Part shown: piece by piece, positions 35,901-50,900 of the stretch
Layout: each line of letters starts with the position of its first letter
How positions within the stretch are numbered: position 1 is the stretch's first letter
NCBI GenBank assembly: GCA_002633005.1
Contig: NMRA01000883.1
Coordinates: 7,929-71,928 of the forward strand
Length of the DNA stretch: 64,000 bases
DNA from: Phoronis australis
Lineage: Eukaryota; Animalia; Phoronida
Direction: 5' to 3'
Position numbers and translations under genes: made by a program
The notes under the pieces: generated by a model
What the model was told of the DNA's origin: nothing
What the model saw: only the letters and a program-made list of their open reading frames with translations
Database searches by the model: none

Positions 35901-38900
35901 TCACCCTGGCTCTCCTGGAGGGTTCCTGCCAATGGCCACAATTGGAGCACTGCTTCTATTTCTTGAAAATGTGAATCGTCCTATGAATGTGGACAGCTCT
36001 GAGAAGGAAGCCTTTGGGTGATGACATCGATTGCCGTTACAATGCCGTTAAAGCTTTTAAAATCATAATTATTTCTTGATAGGAAGTCCCTTCTAAAAGT
36101 TTACCATTGTTGCACAGAGAGAAGGGTCATGGGTTTAATGCTTCCTATCACAAATTCTTTAAATCTGATATTCCGACTGATTGAGCTACAGTTTAACATC
36201 ACCGAAAGTGGCATCTTCCAAAGACAATCTAAAGCTACATACATGTATTTCTACATATTTCTAACCAGGCATACATGTAATTACCAAAGCTACACTTACA
36301 CATATGGATGGTTTAACCACATTTTCTCTAGTAAGTTTAGTTTGAGTGACTTATCTGGATGTTTTGTTCAACACAGGACAAGGGCGGTGTTGGTACTGTC
36401 ATTGGACCGTATGACACAGGAAAGTTTCTTGTTCGATGGGATCTCAATCCATTACACCCATATTGGTACCGAATGGGCGATATTGGGATGTATGATCTAA
36501 AGTTAGCATCAAATAGCTCAGGAAACGGAACTGGTAAGGAAAAAATCTGTATGCAGTGTGTTGCTTGGAAGCACTGTCATCCTGAACAGACCGAAAAGAT
36601 TACTGAAATTCAATCCAGTAATGGGTTTAGCCAAGAAATACGGGAAATTAATCATTGCCTGACCTTTTCTTAAATTGCCAAATAAATCAACACCCCCAAA
36701 ACTTACAACCCCGCTGAAGGACTCCCGCAGTGGGCGAGATGGATGTCGAAATTCGGATCTAGAGTTCGAATAGGTCGTACAGTGGGTTGGAAAATGTAAA
36801 ACACGTTTTGGGACGTCTTACAAGTTGCCTTCCGCTGATTCTGGGTCCTCTTATGGGTTGAAAACCTGTTGTCGCACCAGACTTATATTGTCGCATGTGC
36901 GACAGCATGTGTCGATCGTGACGTCACATACTGTGCCATCCGATATGTTTTCGCCCGGGTATCAACCTGTGTCGAGTGCAATGGTATACACCACAACACA
37001 AGTCACGTCTTTCTATCCTCAAGACAATGCACAACTTAATTTCACCCAGGAAATTTTAGAAAAGTACAATTTGCTATGACTACATAGAAGACGTAAACGT
37101 TTCATGTAATATTGAAATTAACAGCATCAGTTTGATCCTCCCATTATATCCTTATTCCGCAGATTGCTTTGCGCTGTATAGTGGATTGTACTGGAACAGG
37201 ATGGATTGCGATTTTGTCAAAATGCAGTTTGTTTGCATGGCAGGTAAGCTTGCTTGACTTTTTGTCGTCACGTAATGTAGCTTTCAAAAACATGCAACTG
37301 GTTGACTTTGCTGTGTCTGTGATGAACAGAGCAAACAACTTACACGTTGGTGTATAACAATCTTGATAATTTTTTTACTAAATTGAAAGATCCATAAGGA
37401 TGTGTGACATATCGTGGGAATACATATTACAATAAAGTCCAAGATTTTGATTTGTGTCAAGTGTGTTGCACTACCGTACACTATAGTTTCTACCATTTTA
37501 TAATGGTTCTAAACTTCTTCTAAAGCGGTTGATTCCCACCACCAAGCAAAAGTGTTCCCAGAAAATGTCTTCCGCCAACTGTTTACCCCAATTCTCCAGT
37601 TCATCCTTTATTGATTCCAAATCATGAAACGAATAAACTTTAGCTAAGTACAAGGATCATCAAATTCCTGCACGTGGTTCTTTCTTTTGAAGTGATTGTC
37701 CGTTTTTATTTAGCCTTAAAACATGAAATTAATGAACTTACCTTCACTTGTGACTCATTTGGTCCAAAAGGTGTTCGTTGCATGTCCTTGAGGCGACATT
37801 TCCTTCGACTTGAGATCCGCTGAAACTTTCTTTGAAATTATCATTGGATCATCTTGTCTTCATCAGAGCACGTGGACAAATTGGCATTCCACAAATTAAT
37901 AGTTTCAATTATAAAAGTTCTCTCGGTTATCTGAGATTTTTCATCCACCTTCCCTTTAAGTTTCAGATTGTAAGAATAATCCATGCGACATGAACGCCAA
38001 CTGTTTCACTTCACCTTATACTGGTAACTACCGATGCGAGTGCAAAGATGGCTATTCTGGAACCGGAGCTTATTGCGAAGGTAGCTGAAATTCTTGATCT
38101 TGGATACTATTGCAAATAAATGTGCTCGATAAAGTACGTTATCTGCGAACTTTCAATACGTTAACCTTCCTTGTTTAAAATATCATTCCACTCTTAGTTA
38201 AAACACATGAGAGGGAAACGTCTTAGAAACCTGCTTAAATTGTGACTTCTGTTTGCATGCTCATGCAAGCCAAGTTTCAAATAAAAATGGGTATTTATTG
38301 ATATCCAATGAATTTAAAAAACGTCGTGATTAGAACAATCGGTGAAATAAATATTTAATCGCCTGATGCTGTCAATACACATACACACGCACACATGCTC
38401 ACGCTGAACGCAGATAAAGACCAACACACGCTCATACATGTACAGTATACGCAAGCATACATTATACATGCACACATACGCACACCCATACACACACACA
38501 ATCGTTTGTGTGTGCGCGCGCGTGTGTGTGTGCGTGTGTTTGTTTATATGTATCTATTTCTCAAATATGTTACGACACGACTGGTTAATAATATCGAGTA
38601 CGTAATTTTTTGATATTACATGAGCGGAGCACAAGGTAGTGCAATATAGAAGTCCATAAGCTGTACATTTTATCGTATTTAAAACGCAAATAACCAAACA
38701 ATGCCGGATTTCCGTGAACTTGACAAAGTTATGATTAACGAATCAGGTGTCGCAACTGTACGTACTCCCAGTCGGAAGGATAGACAATATATACGGAATT
38801 AGGTGGGGGGGCAAACCCCCTCCCGACCTCTCCCCATTCCATGCTATGCGCATATACTGTACAATCGTGCTTTGCGCAAATGTTTACAGACAAAATGTTA

Positions 38901-41900
38901 CCCCGACTTTGTGATATCCTAGATCCGCCACTGGAAAAAAACTTCTGAAACGGACCCATATTTGGCGAACAATTCCATACCCAATTTATTCATCAAAACG
39001 GAATCGAACCCCGACTCAAGAAACCACACGGTGAGACTGTCTAGCTGTGCTGTCTCAAGGTCAATTCAGGGTTCACGCTCGGGAAAGCCCTGCTGACTGT
39101 TATTTATAAGGACTTGTTCAGTTTTAATGTTACAACTTCAAACTTTAAAGAGTTAGTTTTTAGATTATAGCTTGAGCATTTGTTACGAAAGCTAAATGCA
39201 GTTAATAATCGTCGTTTTTACGGTTCAGGTGAGAAAACAAATCCTACACTCGACTCAGGTTAATGACATGGGCAAAACCACGTGGAAAGTTTCAAGATGT
39301 TTTGCCATGTCATAAGCTTAAGACTCGAGCATGATTCTCTATGTATGTATACATGTACATGTTCATGTATACATGTACAATGTACTGTATGTATGAGTAT
39401 GTGTGAGTACTGATCGTGCTTGGTGTTTTTGAGGTTTGCATCTTTTCAGACATTGACGAATGTGTGAATTCTCCATGCATCCAAAATGCAACGTGTTTTA
39501 ATACCGTTGGGTCTTACTCCTGCCGGTGTAACGATGGATTTTCAGGAGATGGACAATCTTGTGAAGGTTTGTGCATTTAACTTTTTCAGTTTAGATTCAA
39601 ACAAACCAGTACAGTTTGACAAATGCATCCGTGAGCATAGTCTTGTACAGTGTACACCGTAAGTACATGTACACTTGATCGGAACATTATCGACTAACGC
39701 AATATTACGGTGGCACAACCATGACAATGAACAAACAATTTTTTCATTATTTCGCAGTTCTTAAGAAGAAAAAACATTGTTTCCAAAAACATTTTCTTTC
39801 TGTGTAGAAAAAAGCTCTCCGCCCGAAAATATTTTTCAGCGGAGGGCAGTTTCCTACACGAAGGTCGAAAGTTAGCCTGCTACGAAGTAGGCTTAAAATT
39901 GAACCTTTGACTGTTGGTCTTAAGTCGCATTTCCTAAGCCTACTTTCATGAAACAGCTCCTTGGATCCCAAACTTATGGCAAAGTGTATTCGGTACAACT
40001 GACATGGACCTTCAGTTTTTATAATTTCCCTCTTCAAAACACAACACAAACAATTTTGTTTGTGCTATTGTGCGTATAGGCCCTTTGAACATTAGACCGT
40101 GTCCCTCATTAACTATGGGTGGCGCTTCTAAAGCATTAAACTTGTCCTTTGGCGGGCTAGCCATAATTCTTCTACTCTATGTGAAATGCTGTCCCGTTTT
40201 GTAGTCAATCCTATAACAAGAATAGGACCATTGTGGGGTAGATTTTTTGCGCGGGAAAGGTAATTAAAGGTCGTGTTTTGCACATGCTCAATGGCACCAT
40301 CGAAGTATCCGTATAAAACAAAAATAAAACATACGACAAAACAAGCAGACGTACGAAGCACATGGACGTTTGATATGATGCTGCGGTTTGTACGTACGAT
40401 TGGTACAAAACAACGCACAGTTCGCTTTGCGCCGCCAGAACGAAAACGCACGCAACGCGACTTGAATGAGATATTTTTGACACTATTGTCCATTAGCAAA
40501 TTTGCTACATATTTTCGAAGTAGCGTCTACTGGCTTTTTTAGGAAAAGTCTGTAATCATTTTCAAAAGAGCGCGTGCCCAACAAACAAAGCAATGAAGTA
40601 AGCTAAAATGTGAAGACGAATTTGTGAAATCACATATTTTGCCATCTGTGGTCATTAAAGGGGCCGCAATTGCATTGTTTCTAGATAAGCAGACGTCGCT
40701 GTTGACTTGTCAAAGTTAACCCTCCAGCTGGTGCTCAGTTCACAGGTATTTTTTAAGCTAAAGCCTATGTTTGTAGAATACCAATTACACGGTGCAGTCT
40801 ATCCCGAGGACCAAAATATATAGGCCTACCAGACTATGATCTAAAGGTTTTAACATACTAACCAACAAATATTGAAGTTAAATTTTGTTTGTTCTGTCGT
40901 GAGGCAGCTATAAACTCGGTAATGAGGATTGTTTTGCAGAACGTCATTTGTTATCGTAAAAATTTTACTGCTTTAGTTCATACCTTTACGTGACTTGTTA
41001 CCATTTGTCATAGCTTCCACTATATTTGATCCAACCTTTGACCCATGCCGACACTTACATCAACTGACACTCATTGAGCATCCCGTGTCTGACATTCCTG
41101 TAAGAAGCGCCAATGTGACAACAAGTGTGGACGATGACAAGTACCTTCTTTGCGACTCCACTTTAAAGGAAGGTGAGTGGAAGATGATATTAATGAAATG
41201 TCTAAAGGAAGGTGAGTGGAAGATGATATTAATGAAATGTCTAAAGGAAGGTGAGTGGACGATGATATTAATGAAATGTCTAAAGGAAGGTGAGTGGAAG
41301 ATGATATTAATGAAATGTCTAAAAGAAGGTGAGTGGAAGATGATATTAATGAAATGTCTAAAGGAAGGTGAGTGGAAGATGATATTAATGAAATGTCTAA
41401 AGGAAGGTGAGTGGAAGATGATATTAATGAAATGTCTAAAGGAAGGTGAGTGGACGATAATATTAATGAAATGTCTAAAATGAACGTTAGTAAGAATTAG
41501 TGTGAAAACACAGCAAGTAAATAAAGTCAAGAATACCTGAATACATAATGCATGTAAATATTTGAACATAAAGTGCAATCTCAAAATACGTTTCGCTACT
41601 TTTCTCCCTTTCCGCTTTATGTAATCATGAATAATTTGGAAAAATGGATTTTTAAAAGCATTTTGCTCGGTGAAGCCTTTTGTGTATTTTGTCTGCACGA
41701 TCCACATGAAATTTAAGCACCTATTGTGTCGTAAAATGCTTGGTGACGCTGTGACCACAAGTTTTCGAATTTAAGCTTTGCAGTCCTGCATCAGTTTAAG
41801 CGGACGGCGGGGAAAGCATGCAGGAACCCTCGTGCTTCCACACATTTTTCATGTTAACCATGAAAACCCTTGTTTTGGGCATGTGACATTGCAAAATTCA

Positions 41901-44900
41901 TGCATTGACAATCCTGAAATGACGTATGACACCACCAATTAATAATTAAGGGGCCAGGTGATTTGCAGCGGCCCCCTCTTTTGGCGTTAGAGTTTTGAAA
42001 TCCGAACAGTCGCTTGCACTCACCACAGTTGTTGTTGATGTGAACGCTGATTGCACTCGCAATTAATCGGTATTTAATTGTTTGCATAGCATTGGTGTTG
42101 TTACTGTGCCCTTCATCAGTGACGCCATTAGCTTCAGTATTAATATCATCACCGCCAAAATCATAAGTCATCAGATATGATCATCAATGATTTTAAAATA
42201 AAAAGTTTCATTGATTTAAATTGAATAGATCAAGAAGAAATCCGATCGTTTGTAGATCAGGTACTTGTGATCATTTATCACCTTTAAGATATGTGGGAGC
42301 TGGTGCTGAAATGTTTTGTCTGCATTTAATGAATTAGTGGCGTAATATTATTTACGCATGATTCCAGGTTGGTACATGTTCATGGTTCCCTCAAACCCTT
42401 CACGAGTAGACTTTGAGACGCTGGACATACCAACACGTTGTGTAAAGGAATATCACTGTGATACAAAGTATCCCTTGTGGATGGCAGGTAAATGCGTTAC
42501 ATTTGGAATCTGCAAGATCTTTGCAAAAGACTACGCGACATGTTGCCCCGTGTTTTCAGTTAGAAGGCGTGAGTTTGGCTAGCCTTTTCTCTCCAACAGG
42601 CAGATATTGAACTCACATGATGTTGTCCCAAATGACGTTGGTAACGGCTGGCATTCTGTTCTAGGCAAAATTCCTTCTCAAGAGGACGGTCTCGTAAACA
42701 GGCAGGCATGTATGACAAAAGGCGACGACTGTTGCGCCTACACCGCGGCCATAAAAGTGAAGAAGTGCTTACCGAAGTTGGTCGTGTATTACCTTATACC
42801 GCCACCTGCCTGTGCATCAGCCTATTGCTTTGGTACGCTCGTGCTTATCCGGCTGTGCATCATGTTTTAAGGGATACCTCATTTCTCTCACGTTGGTTAT
42901 TCTTAAAGCAATGGCGTGCAGAGAAAAAGTAAAAAACAGAAATGTTATTCAACGTAACCACAAATTAGTCACAATTTCAAACCCTTTATTTGCATGTATA
43001 TTGATTGGATTTTCGTGTATATTGATTGGATGTCTCGACCCCCTTTCTGAACTCTACTGTCGAGAAGTCATTGTGACAAGATCTACAACCTCCCGATGAC
43101 ATTCTGTTCCTACAAGGTGTCAGACAAAATTTCCGTCGAGGAGAGTTCACTCTAATACAAAATGTTTGAAACGTGAGCACCTATTTTGACGTTGCGTGTG
43201 TTTAGATACCTGAACCTCCTGTGCTCACCCAGCGTTACGAGTACTGTGGTGGATTAGCTAAATAAACGACTATTAAGGCCTTCTGTTTTCGTTCACAAGT
43301 ATCCATACAACTTTGTCTCAACCTTTCACTAGATCGAAGTGTCCGTTCATTTCGATATTGGTTGCTTTTAATTTATATGCGTGAAGTTTAGCTCAAATGA
43401 GTTTCAAACGATTGAAAAATATTGAAACTAAAATGACTAAAACACCTCTAAGCGGAAAATGTTTTATGATTTGAGAAGGTGTTTTTTTTCAGGAGAGCAC
43501 ACACCCTGCCCTCCAGGAGAAGTGTCTGAGACTGGATTCACCCCTGGGTGTAGAGGTACAAGTGTTGGGGATTTTTCTCTTGAGAGCGACACACGTGTCA
43601 TCCAAAGTTTGATATAGCTGGCATCTTAAGATCCCTTTGTGACGTTGAGATAAACATTGGGCTACGGATATTAGCTGCGCTAACCAAAGATCTCCCATGT
43701 CCATTATAAAGAGAGACCCTATGGAATCGACCCTGAAAAGCCAGAGCAAATTATTTATTTCATTTTAGGTTTAGTACCGCATCACAGTTAGAAGGCACAT
43801 TGACTTGTTGCCAATGCACCCATGTCTCACAACCGTATATATTCACAGTAGCTTATCCACCTTAGAAATTTGCTACATATGCATTACGATTGGAAGCATC
43901 AGAACTATTAAAGGCATAACTACTTTATAGCAAGCATCGATGACATATGCTCACTTTACACTACCTTGGAATTTCTTGCAAATGAAACATGCAGTGGTAA
44001 TACCTAACACTATTTAATTTCAGTCAATCAAGTCTCAGAGCTTCCATCCATTCCCCTTCTGACTGTCAAAGTGGTAAACACCGTGTTTTATTACATGTGT
44101 TCAGTCCCATTGCCCCCTTCAGGAAAAATGGTAGATGTTAACATAATCTTTTTGGTGGGTGAAACAATATTGCAACGGTCCACGAAGTCAACACAGTTTC
44201 CGCTAATGCGCGACACCCTTGCTGGTTTCAAACTGGCAGGATATTTTGGAAAGCAGGTAGGTTTCTGCGTGGATAATCGACCACGAGCTTAAATCTTAAG
44301 AATTGATTTGTAACTGATCACCAAAAGTGTAGCTGTTAGAAGTTGAATGAATTTATGCTGTAATCCACGAAAATTGGCTAGACTGTATTTAGTATTTGTT
44401 TGACCTTATGTGCTGCAAGACAACAAACGATATCGATATATTATCAATGGGGTTATCTAATCTAAGAGATACGGTACACAGCGTAAACGAGAATTATAAC
44501 AAACTTAAGATAAACTTAGGCTTGCCCCTTATACATGTAATCTAACATTGTACCACCCCCTTCAACCAATCGTTTCAATGGCTATGTCAGTTCCATAGTG
44601 CTCACAACCAAAGTCCCGTGCTTAAAATACTCTTATGGAAAACAGCAACCCCAACTGACTTACATGGGTCTGTTAGATGATTTACGCCGCGAAACGTCTT
44701 AGTGATTACTGAAAACATTTTAAAAATTGACGATGACGTTGTCTAAAAGTGAATCAAATAAACACAAAAAATCGGAATAACCACTCGGAATCGAACCACC
44801 GTTCTCTAAATTGCCGATCTAGTGCTCTTGCCACTGAGCTACTCAGACACAGATTTCTGTTCAATTACTTATTACAGTCAGTATGTGTTCATTAGATATG

Positions 44901-47900
44901 GGAAATATAGAAGCTGATGTTAGCCAAGATTTTCTCAACGATGCGCGACTTCCGCGCTACAGATTACACATGTATCGTTTCTTTCGCGTTTGATTGTCCC
45001 ACTCCGTAACAGTGTCAGAACTACAGCATGATTATGGCAAATAAATTATACAAAATACAGTTGGAAACCTTATTCCATTGAATCGCCATACATACATGTA
45101 CTTACCACTAACTGGTCTATCGCTGTCTAGTGACAAGGTGTCTCTTATCGAGTCTCTATTTTAGTGTAATAATTTCTAGGTCTTATGCAAGGCCAGATAT
45201 TTCAGTAGAGAGCAGAGTACTTATAGCCAGTGGAAGTCAAGTGACAGAAAGCTATTAGGAATCGAGGTAAGTACTCGTCTACTATGCATGGTTTTGGCTC
45301 AGACAAAAAGCAAAACGTCCACTACCTCGGAGACAGAGCGCTATTTTTCCAGGCCTTTCCTTACCATCTAAACGTATATGCAACGTCAATGAATGGGAAT
45401 TCGATATTTACTAGTGTATCCTAACCGACAAAATTTTCTCTTTTTCCACGTTTCTCCCGTGGATGTGTTCACTTAAAAAAGATGAGGCAGGAAAATACTT
45501 GGAAGATTATATTGCTTTGCTGTAAGCGAAATTATATCCAAACCAAAAATGATCAATTCTCGTTTATAAAATCATTTCCCTTTTCACTCCACTTCATACA
45601 TAAAACAATGTTTTCACCTACATTAAGCAGAGGAGGATCTATGGGGGTTCAGTGGTCTTAAACCTTCCATTGGGACAGGATCAAAAATAGAATATAAAAA
45701 TGAAACGTCGCCAGGAAAACGAAATCAGCTACAAAAATAAAAAAAATCTTACACGGGAGGGGAAAACCCCTCCGGACTTACCGCGATTGGCGTTTTGCGC
45801 CTTGGATTTACGCAAATCCTAAACACCCCTTACTGAAAACGTAGATTTGCCATTGTACAATGTAGACTGTGGTAGAGTACAGTAGCACTTTTGCGAGTGA
45901 AAAATGTAGCCAAACTGATAATGTTCACATTGGAAATTCACGGCACAGTATTGCATAGTCTCGCAAAGTCTCCTAAGGTTATTGAACTTCTACCTGGTAG
46001 AGGACTGGATGACCATCTTGTTTTTTTAAAAAAATCTGTAATTACTAAAATAATCTTACAAGAAATGTTTATGTCGTTGGTCGGCTGTTTGTCGGCTAGA
46101 CGACCGGTCGACGGCCGGTCATCGACCAATTTCCGACCGGTCGGACAAAAATTCGTGATGTGTGCTGTATTTTTTAGCCAAAGCAGCAGTGTTTTGGTGT
46201 TTTCAAAATCTCATTCACTGCTTATTTGAACTCAGATTATGAACTACACAAGCAACGCCATTGAAGTAGAAGAGGGCGCTGAGATCGACATCAAACTCAA
46301 GCTTCATGTACCATACCTGGGAGACCAACCCCTGGATATTCTGACGTATGTTCCAGGAGGGGCAAAAGATGGCGCTTACTGCTCAACGGGAAACCCCATT
46401 CCACAAGTTGCTGTAGCGGACAGCTGCGGCACAAAGATAGATCGCAACAATTGGCAAGAAATTCACGCAATCAAGATTCGGGCCACAGTTGACCAAAAAA
46501 TAGAACAGGTATGACTCTATATAAAAGAGTATGCGTGATTTTAATACGACACTAACCCAATGTAAATTAAATATCTGTAACTTTCAAATTAAAGTTAGGC
46601 CTTTAGACATGTCTCTTTTATAATATTACACTTTAGACGTAATCGAGTTTGATGGTTTTTGAGATTGAACTTATAAAAGGAACTTTCTTTTGATTTTTAG
46701 AAATCTCATGCTTTACGAATTCTGAGATTAAGAACACCGGAGGTTGTGGAGGGCCATACTATCTGGTCTAACTACTATCTGCCTGATATAAAGGTAAGTA
46801 ATGAAGTTAGAATAATTGGTATTCATGACTGCATCTTGCTCTGGTGTTTAGCTGACTAAAACGAAAATGGAATTTGGCCTTTTTCCTTTATAAATGCGGT
46901 GTCATAATAATGATGCTAGGATTGTATTTCCATAGTTACACGTATCTAGAACTCGAAACCGTCAGCAACTCAAAAAAAAAACTGTCCAAAGTGCATTGGG
47001 GTTGGCCAACCCTAACATTTTGGATTGGAATATGGTACATGTAGTGATTGCCTGATGCTAAGTGTCACGACATTGAGCGATATCTGGCTCCAAACTTCAA
47101 GTCAAGACAAGAAAATATGACAATTAACTAAACTGGTAGCTAGTTCATGTAATTGCTCTTACCTTGGCGTCTTATTACCTCAGTGTGTGCTGAGGCTATC
47201 CGCTGCCTATCTGCGGATTCAGACCCGCGTACAATAGGAAGCTATATTCGATCAGCACTGTATACAATATAGTTCTTTCAATCAGGCAGACAGGTGAGCT
47301 CGTGCTGTAACTCTCCACCAATGATGACCTAGGAATGCTGTGCATTCAAGCCCATGTGTAAAATGTACTGTATGAAAGAATGGTGCATATACCGGAAAAT
47401 TACCCAAATGACGTGGATGTAGGAATAAATGGTTTGTCTATAACATAACATGACCTTGTTTTTTTCAGATATCGATCAAAGACAAAGACAGCAGTGTTTC
47501 CGTCTGCAGAAGTACCAATGACCCTCACATGAGGTCGTTCGATGGCAGGTCAGTTTGGTTCTTGTTAAACTCATTTGAAACTTTAGGCAGCGACAACACT
47601 GGACCTACTTAATGCCATTAAATACTAATTTGGAATATTCAAAAAGTCACTGAAACGGACATGTGCATATCCAAATGGAAGGTTTATCCAATGAGCATTT
47701 GTTTGAAGGATGTAACATGTTACATTTGATTGAATGGTTTCAGATATTATGAACTTCAGAAAGAGGGAGAGTTCGTGCTGTACAGACACAAAATTCAACC
47801 ATTGGAGGTACGTTAAGCGTTTATACGTCACAGCTAATAATCAGTGGCTGCACTCACTCACCCAGCCAGGCCAGCTTGGCCAATAACCTCTCAAAGAAGT

Positions 47901-50900
47901 ACATGTAGGATCACTTAGCGAAAAGCGACTTCTCCGCAAGTGTGTGGAAGACTATCGTTTCATAGCAAGATGACTGTAATATCGTGGTTCTATGGAACGC
48001 AGAACTGATTGGTTCTCACTAAAAACTTCCGGTTTTAATGAATCAAATTTTTCAGCCGATGCATCCAGCTGAGAGAACTAAGTGCAGCCAACGCGCCCAT
48101 TCGCAAATTGTATATAAAAATGAAGTTGATGATTCATATATGAATGTTAAATGCATTGCAATTAAATCTGGTCTTCTTGACACTACTTACAAAATTAAAG
48201 TCCTAGCCCCTCAGAGGCATCACTTCTCCTTTAAAAGGAAGATGGCACTGAAGATTGACTGGAATCGTCGTCGCTTGCCTTAGCACGAGATCTCGTGTGG
48301 TTAGCAACACCACCCAAACTATCATCCCAATCAGACGACACTTTGAACCGAGCAATACCTTCTATATTAAGTGAAGAATTGAGTGATTTGATGAACAAAG
48401 CCACCCCCTCCCGAGCACCTCTCTGAAACCAGTGTTGTTCTCTGTTCTGGAGCTTGGCAATTTCATTTCTGAATTCTTGACCTGTATCCTGCTGGTGAAG
48501 GTGTTGACCTGTATCCTACTGGCAAAGGGCAAAGGTGTTCCTTCTTCAGTTTTAAATCACCTCCAGGATCTTGACATTGTTATTTTGTTATGATAATGTC
48601 AAGATCCTGAGGTGCTCGGTTTTCAATTTTTTAGTAGTGTCCAGCAGACCAGATTTAATTCGAATACAATTCGTCAACTGCATTTAAGACGGACTTATGA
48701 TTATATTGCGTCACGTTTCTGTTTTCACCAGACGAAGTCATCTTAATTGTTCCGATGGATGTTTTCGTTACCCATTGAAAATTGTTACCTCACGTGAAAA
48801 AAATCAGTTTTTGCTCGCTCTGTAATCAGGGGTATAACATTTACGTTTCACATCGCTGTATGCCTTAACTATCAGAATAACATGGAAATAAGTTGGTCTT
48901 GACGAAGACGTCTAAGCTCTTAACTTTCCGTCTGCACAGGATCTAATCTATGAATTCCTACTTGATTGTCATATGTGTACGCTAGGTGCATGCCCAATAC
49001 AAAAGCTGTGGAAGAAACAATCGCCCACCTTATTGCAACTGCGCAGTGGGTATCCTGGCCGCAGGTGACGTCATATTGTTTGATAAATGTGGGCGAGGCG
49101 TGATTGACATCAGTGCGTGGGGTTCGATGAACAGACTGCGACTGGCCACCCGTGGTTCCTGCTCGCAGTTGAGAGGGACCCGAATTCTACAGGAAAATGG
49201 CGGGCGAAGATATGTGGTAATTTCAATGCTCACCTCCTGTGTCGGTATTGTGATAAATGATTATAAAACGCCGCGTAATGTAACACGTATTTTAATGCAC
49301 ACAATATTAATTTTTGTCATCTGGCTCAGAAACCACTGTTTAAATTTATAAACGACAGTTAATACTGTCTTGTCATATGTTAGCCTAAGACCAACAAAAT
49401 TAGTATGTGTTCGCGATGTGACGTGGTTCGGGTTCACATTTATTTAAAGAGTTCCCACCATGACCCTTAGACTCAAAAAGAATTTTATAAATTCATCTTA
49501 AAGGATTTAATAGCATCACCTCTTGCTAAGGAAAAGCCAAAATTATTAAAATATACTTTTTCTTTTATCTGGGTGGTAATGGGAGGAAGACTGTCTCCGA
49601 TGTTGTTGATTTTACCAATGAGGAATTGTGAGGAAAGTTCGAGGAGAGCCGCATTTTTCAGACATGAAAGGTGCATTTATGGAGGCTGTAGTCACAGCAA
49701 CTTGGCTGAGAATGTCCATTAGTTCAAAAATTAACTGATACATAAAAGTTGCACTGAACTGAAATCGGTTTGTGCACCGAACGAGTGTGGAATTTCAGCC
49801 GTCCAGAACATGCAATTCAATAGAGAGCCACATTCTTTGGCACATTTCAAGGAATCGTGTTTCGACCAAATCCAAAACAGCGTTACGATGAAAGACTCGC
49901 CACCCTGTAAGTTTATTTGAAAATTTTATAAATAATGAGCAAACTACTTCCATGTGAGGGCGATCGAGTGATGCCAGTCATCCTACTCTGGCCCAGATCG
50001 AGTGATGCCAGTCATCCTGCTCTGGCCCAGATCGACTGATGCCAGTCATCCTACTCTGACCCAGATCGAGTGATGCCAGTCATCCTACTCTGGCCCAGAT
50101 CGAGTGATGCCAGTCATCCTACTCTGGCCCAGATCGAGTGATGCCAGTCATCCTACTCTGGCCCAGATCGAGTGATGCCAGTCATCCTACTCTGGCCCAG
50201 ATCGAGTGTTGCCAGTCATCCTACTCTGGCCCAGATCGAGTGCTACGTCAAATAGGCTTATGCATTGTGTTTAGACGGTGATCATTCTATCATGGCAATA
50301 GAAAATACGAGTGACCCAGGTTTACTGTGTCATTTTTCAGTGTCGATTTTGTGAATATTGACCACCACTTGGTTGTGGGTCACATATGTCTGCAGCATTT
50401 CCGTGCAAGTGGGTCACGTTCATACTGCCGCAAACTTGACGAAAGTTCGCAAACTTGGAAATCGAATTGATTGTCTGGTTCTTCAAGTACTTGGGCATAA
50501 TGCACGTATATACTCTCTTCTTCTGTCTTCATAATACATGTAATTGTCCAGTTCTCGCTCAAAGCCGTCCTCGTCTTCTGATCAGCTGAGACCCGCCATT
50601 GCAATTGATTGTCAAGTAACCTAACGTCTTCCCCCCATTACATCATTTCGCGGAGAACTTGAAACTAACTAGTTTTTCTTCAAAATGTGAAAAAAATCCC
50701 GACTCTTTGGCATAAAAAGTGCTCATTTTGATTAAACTTTATGGTATCCATTTCATTAGCTCACTGAAACTCCATAAACAAGAAAGTGCATGGTGGAAAC
50801 TCTGTAACACACTCCATTATTCCAGGTCCAATTGCACATTGGCACTACCGTCACTGTCGAAGATTCGTGGAGTTCCTTCATTAACCTTTACGTTGAAGCT

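Noticed and set aside
41060-41758. 232-aa minus-strand ORF
   Set aside because: It is the antisense reading of the 39-bp repeat and the D8C exon
43206-43260. Candidate exon after TTTAG
   Set aside because: Immediate in-frame stop in the required phase; the exon at 43493 fits instead
49962-50242. 34-bp repeat as a CRISPR array
   Set aside because: Units are head-to-tail with no unique spacers, the context is a eukaryotic intron, and there are no cas genes
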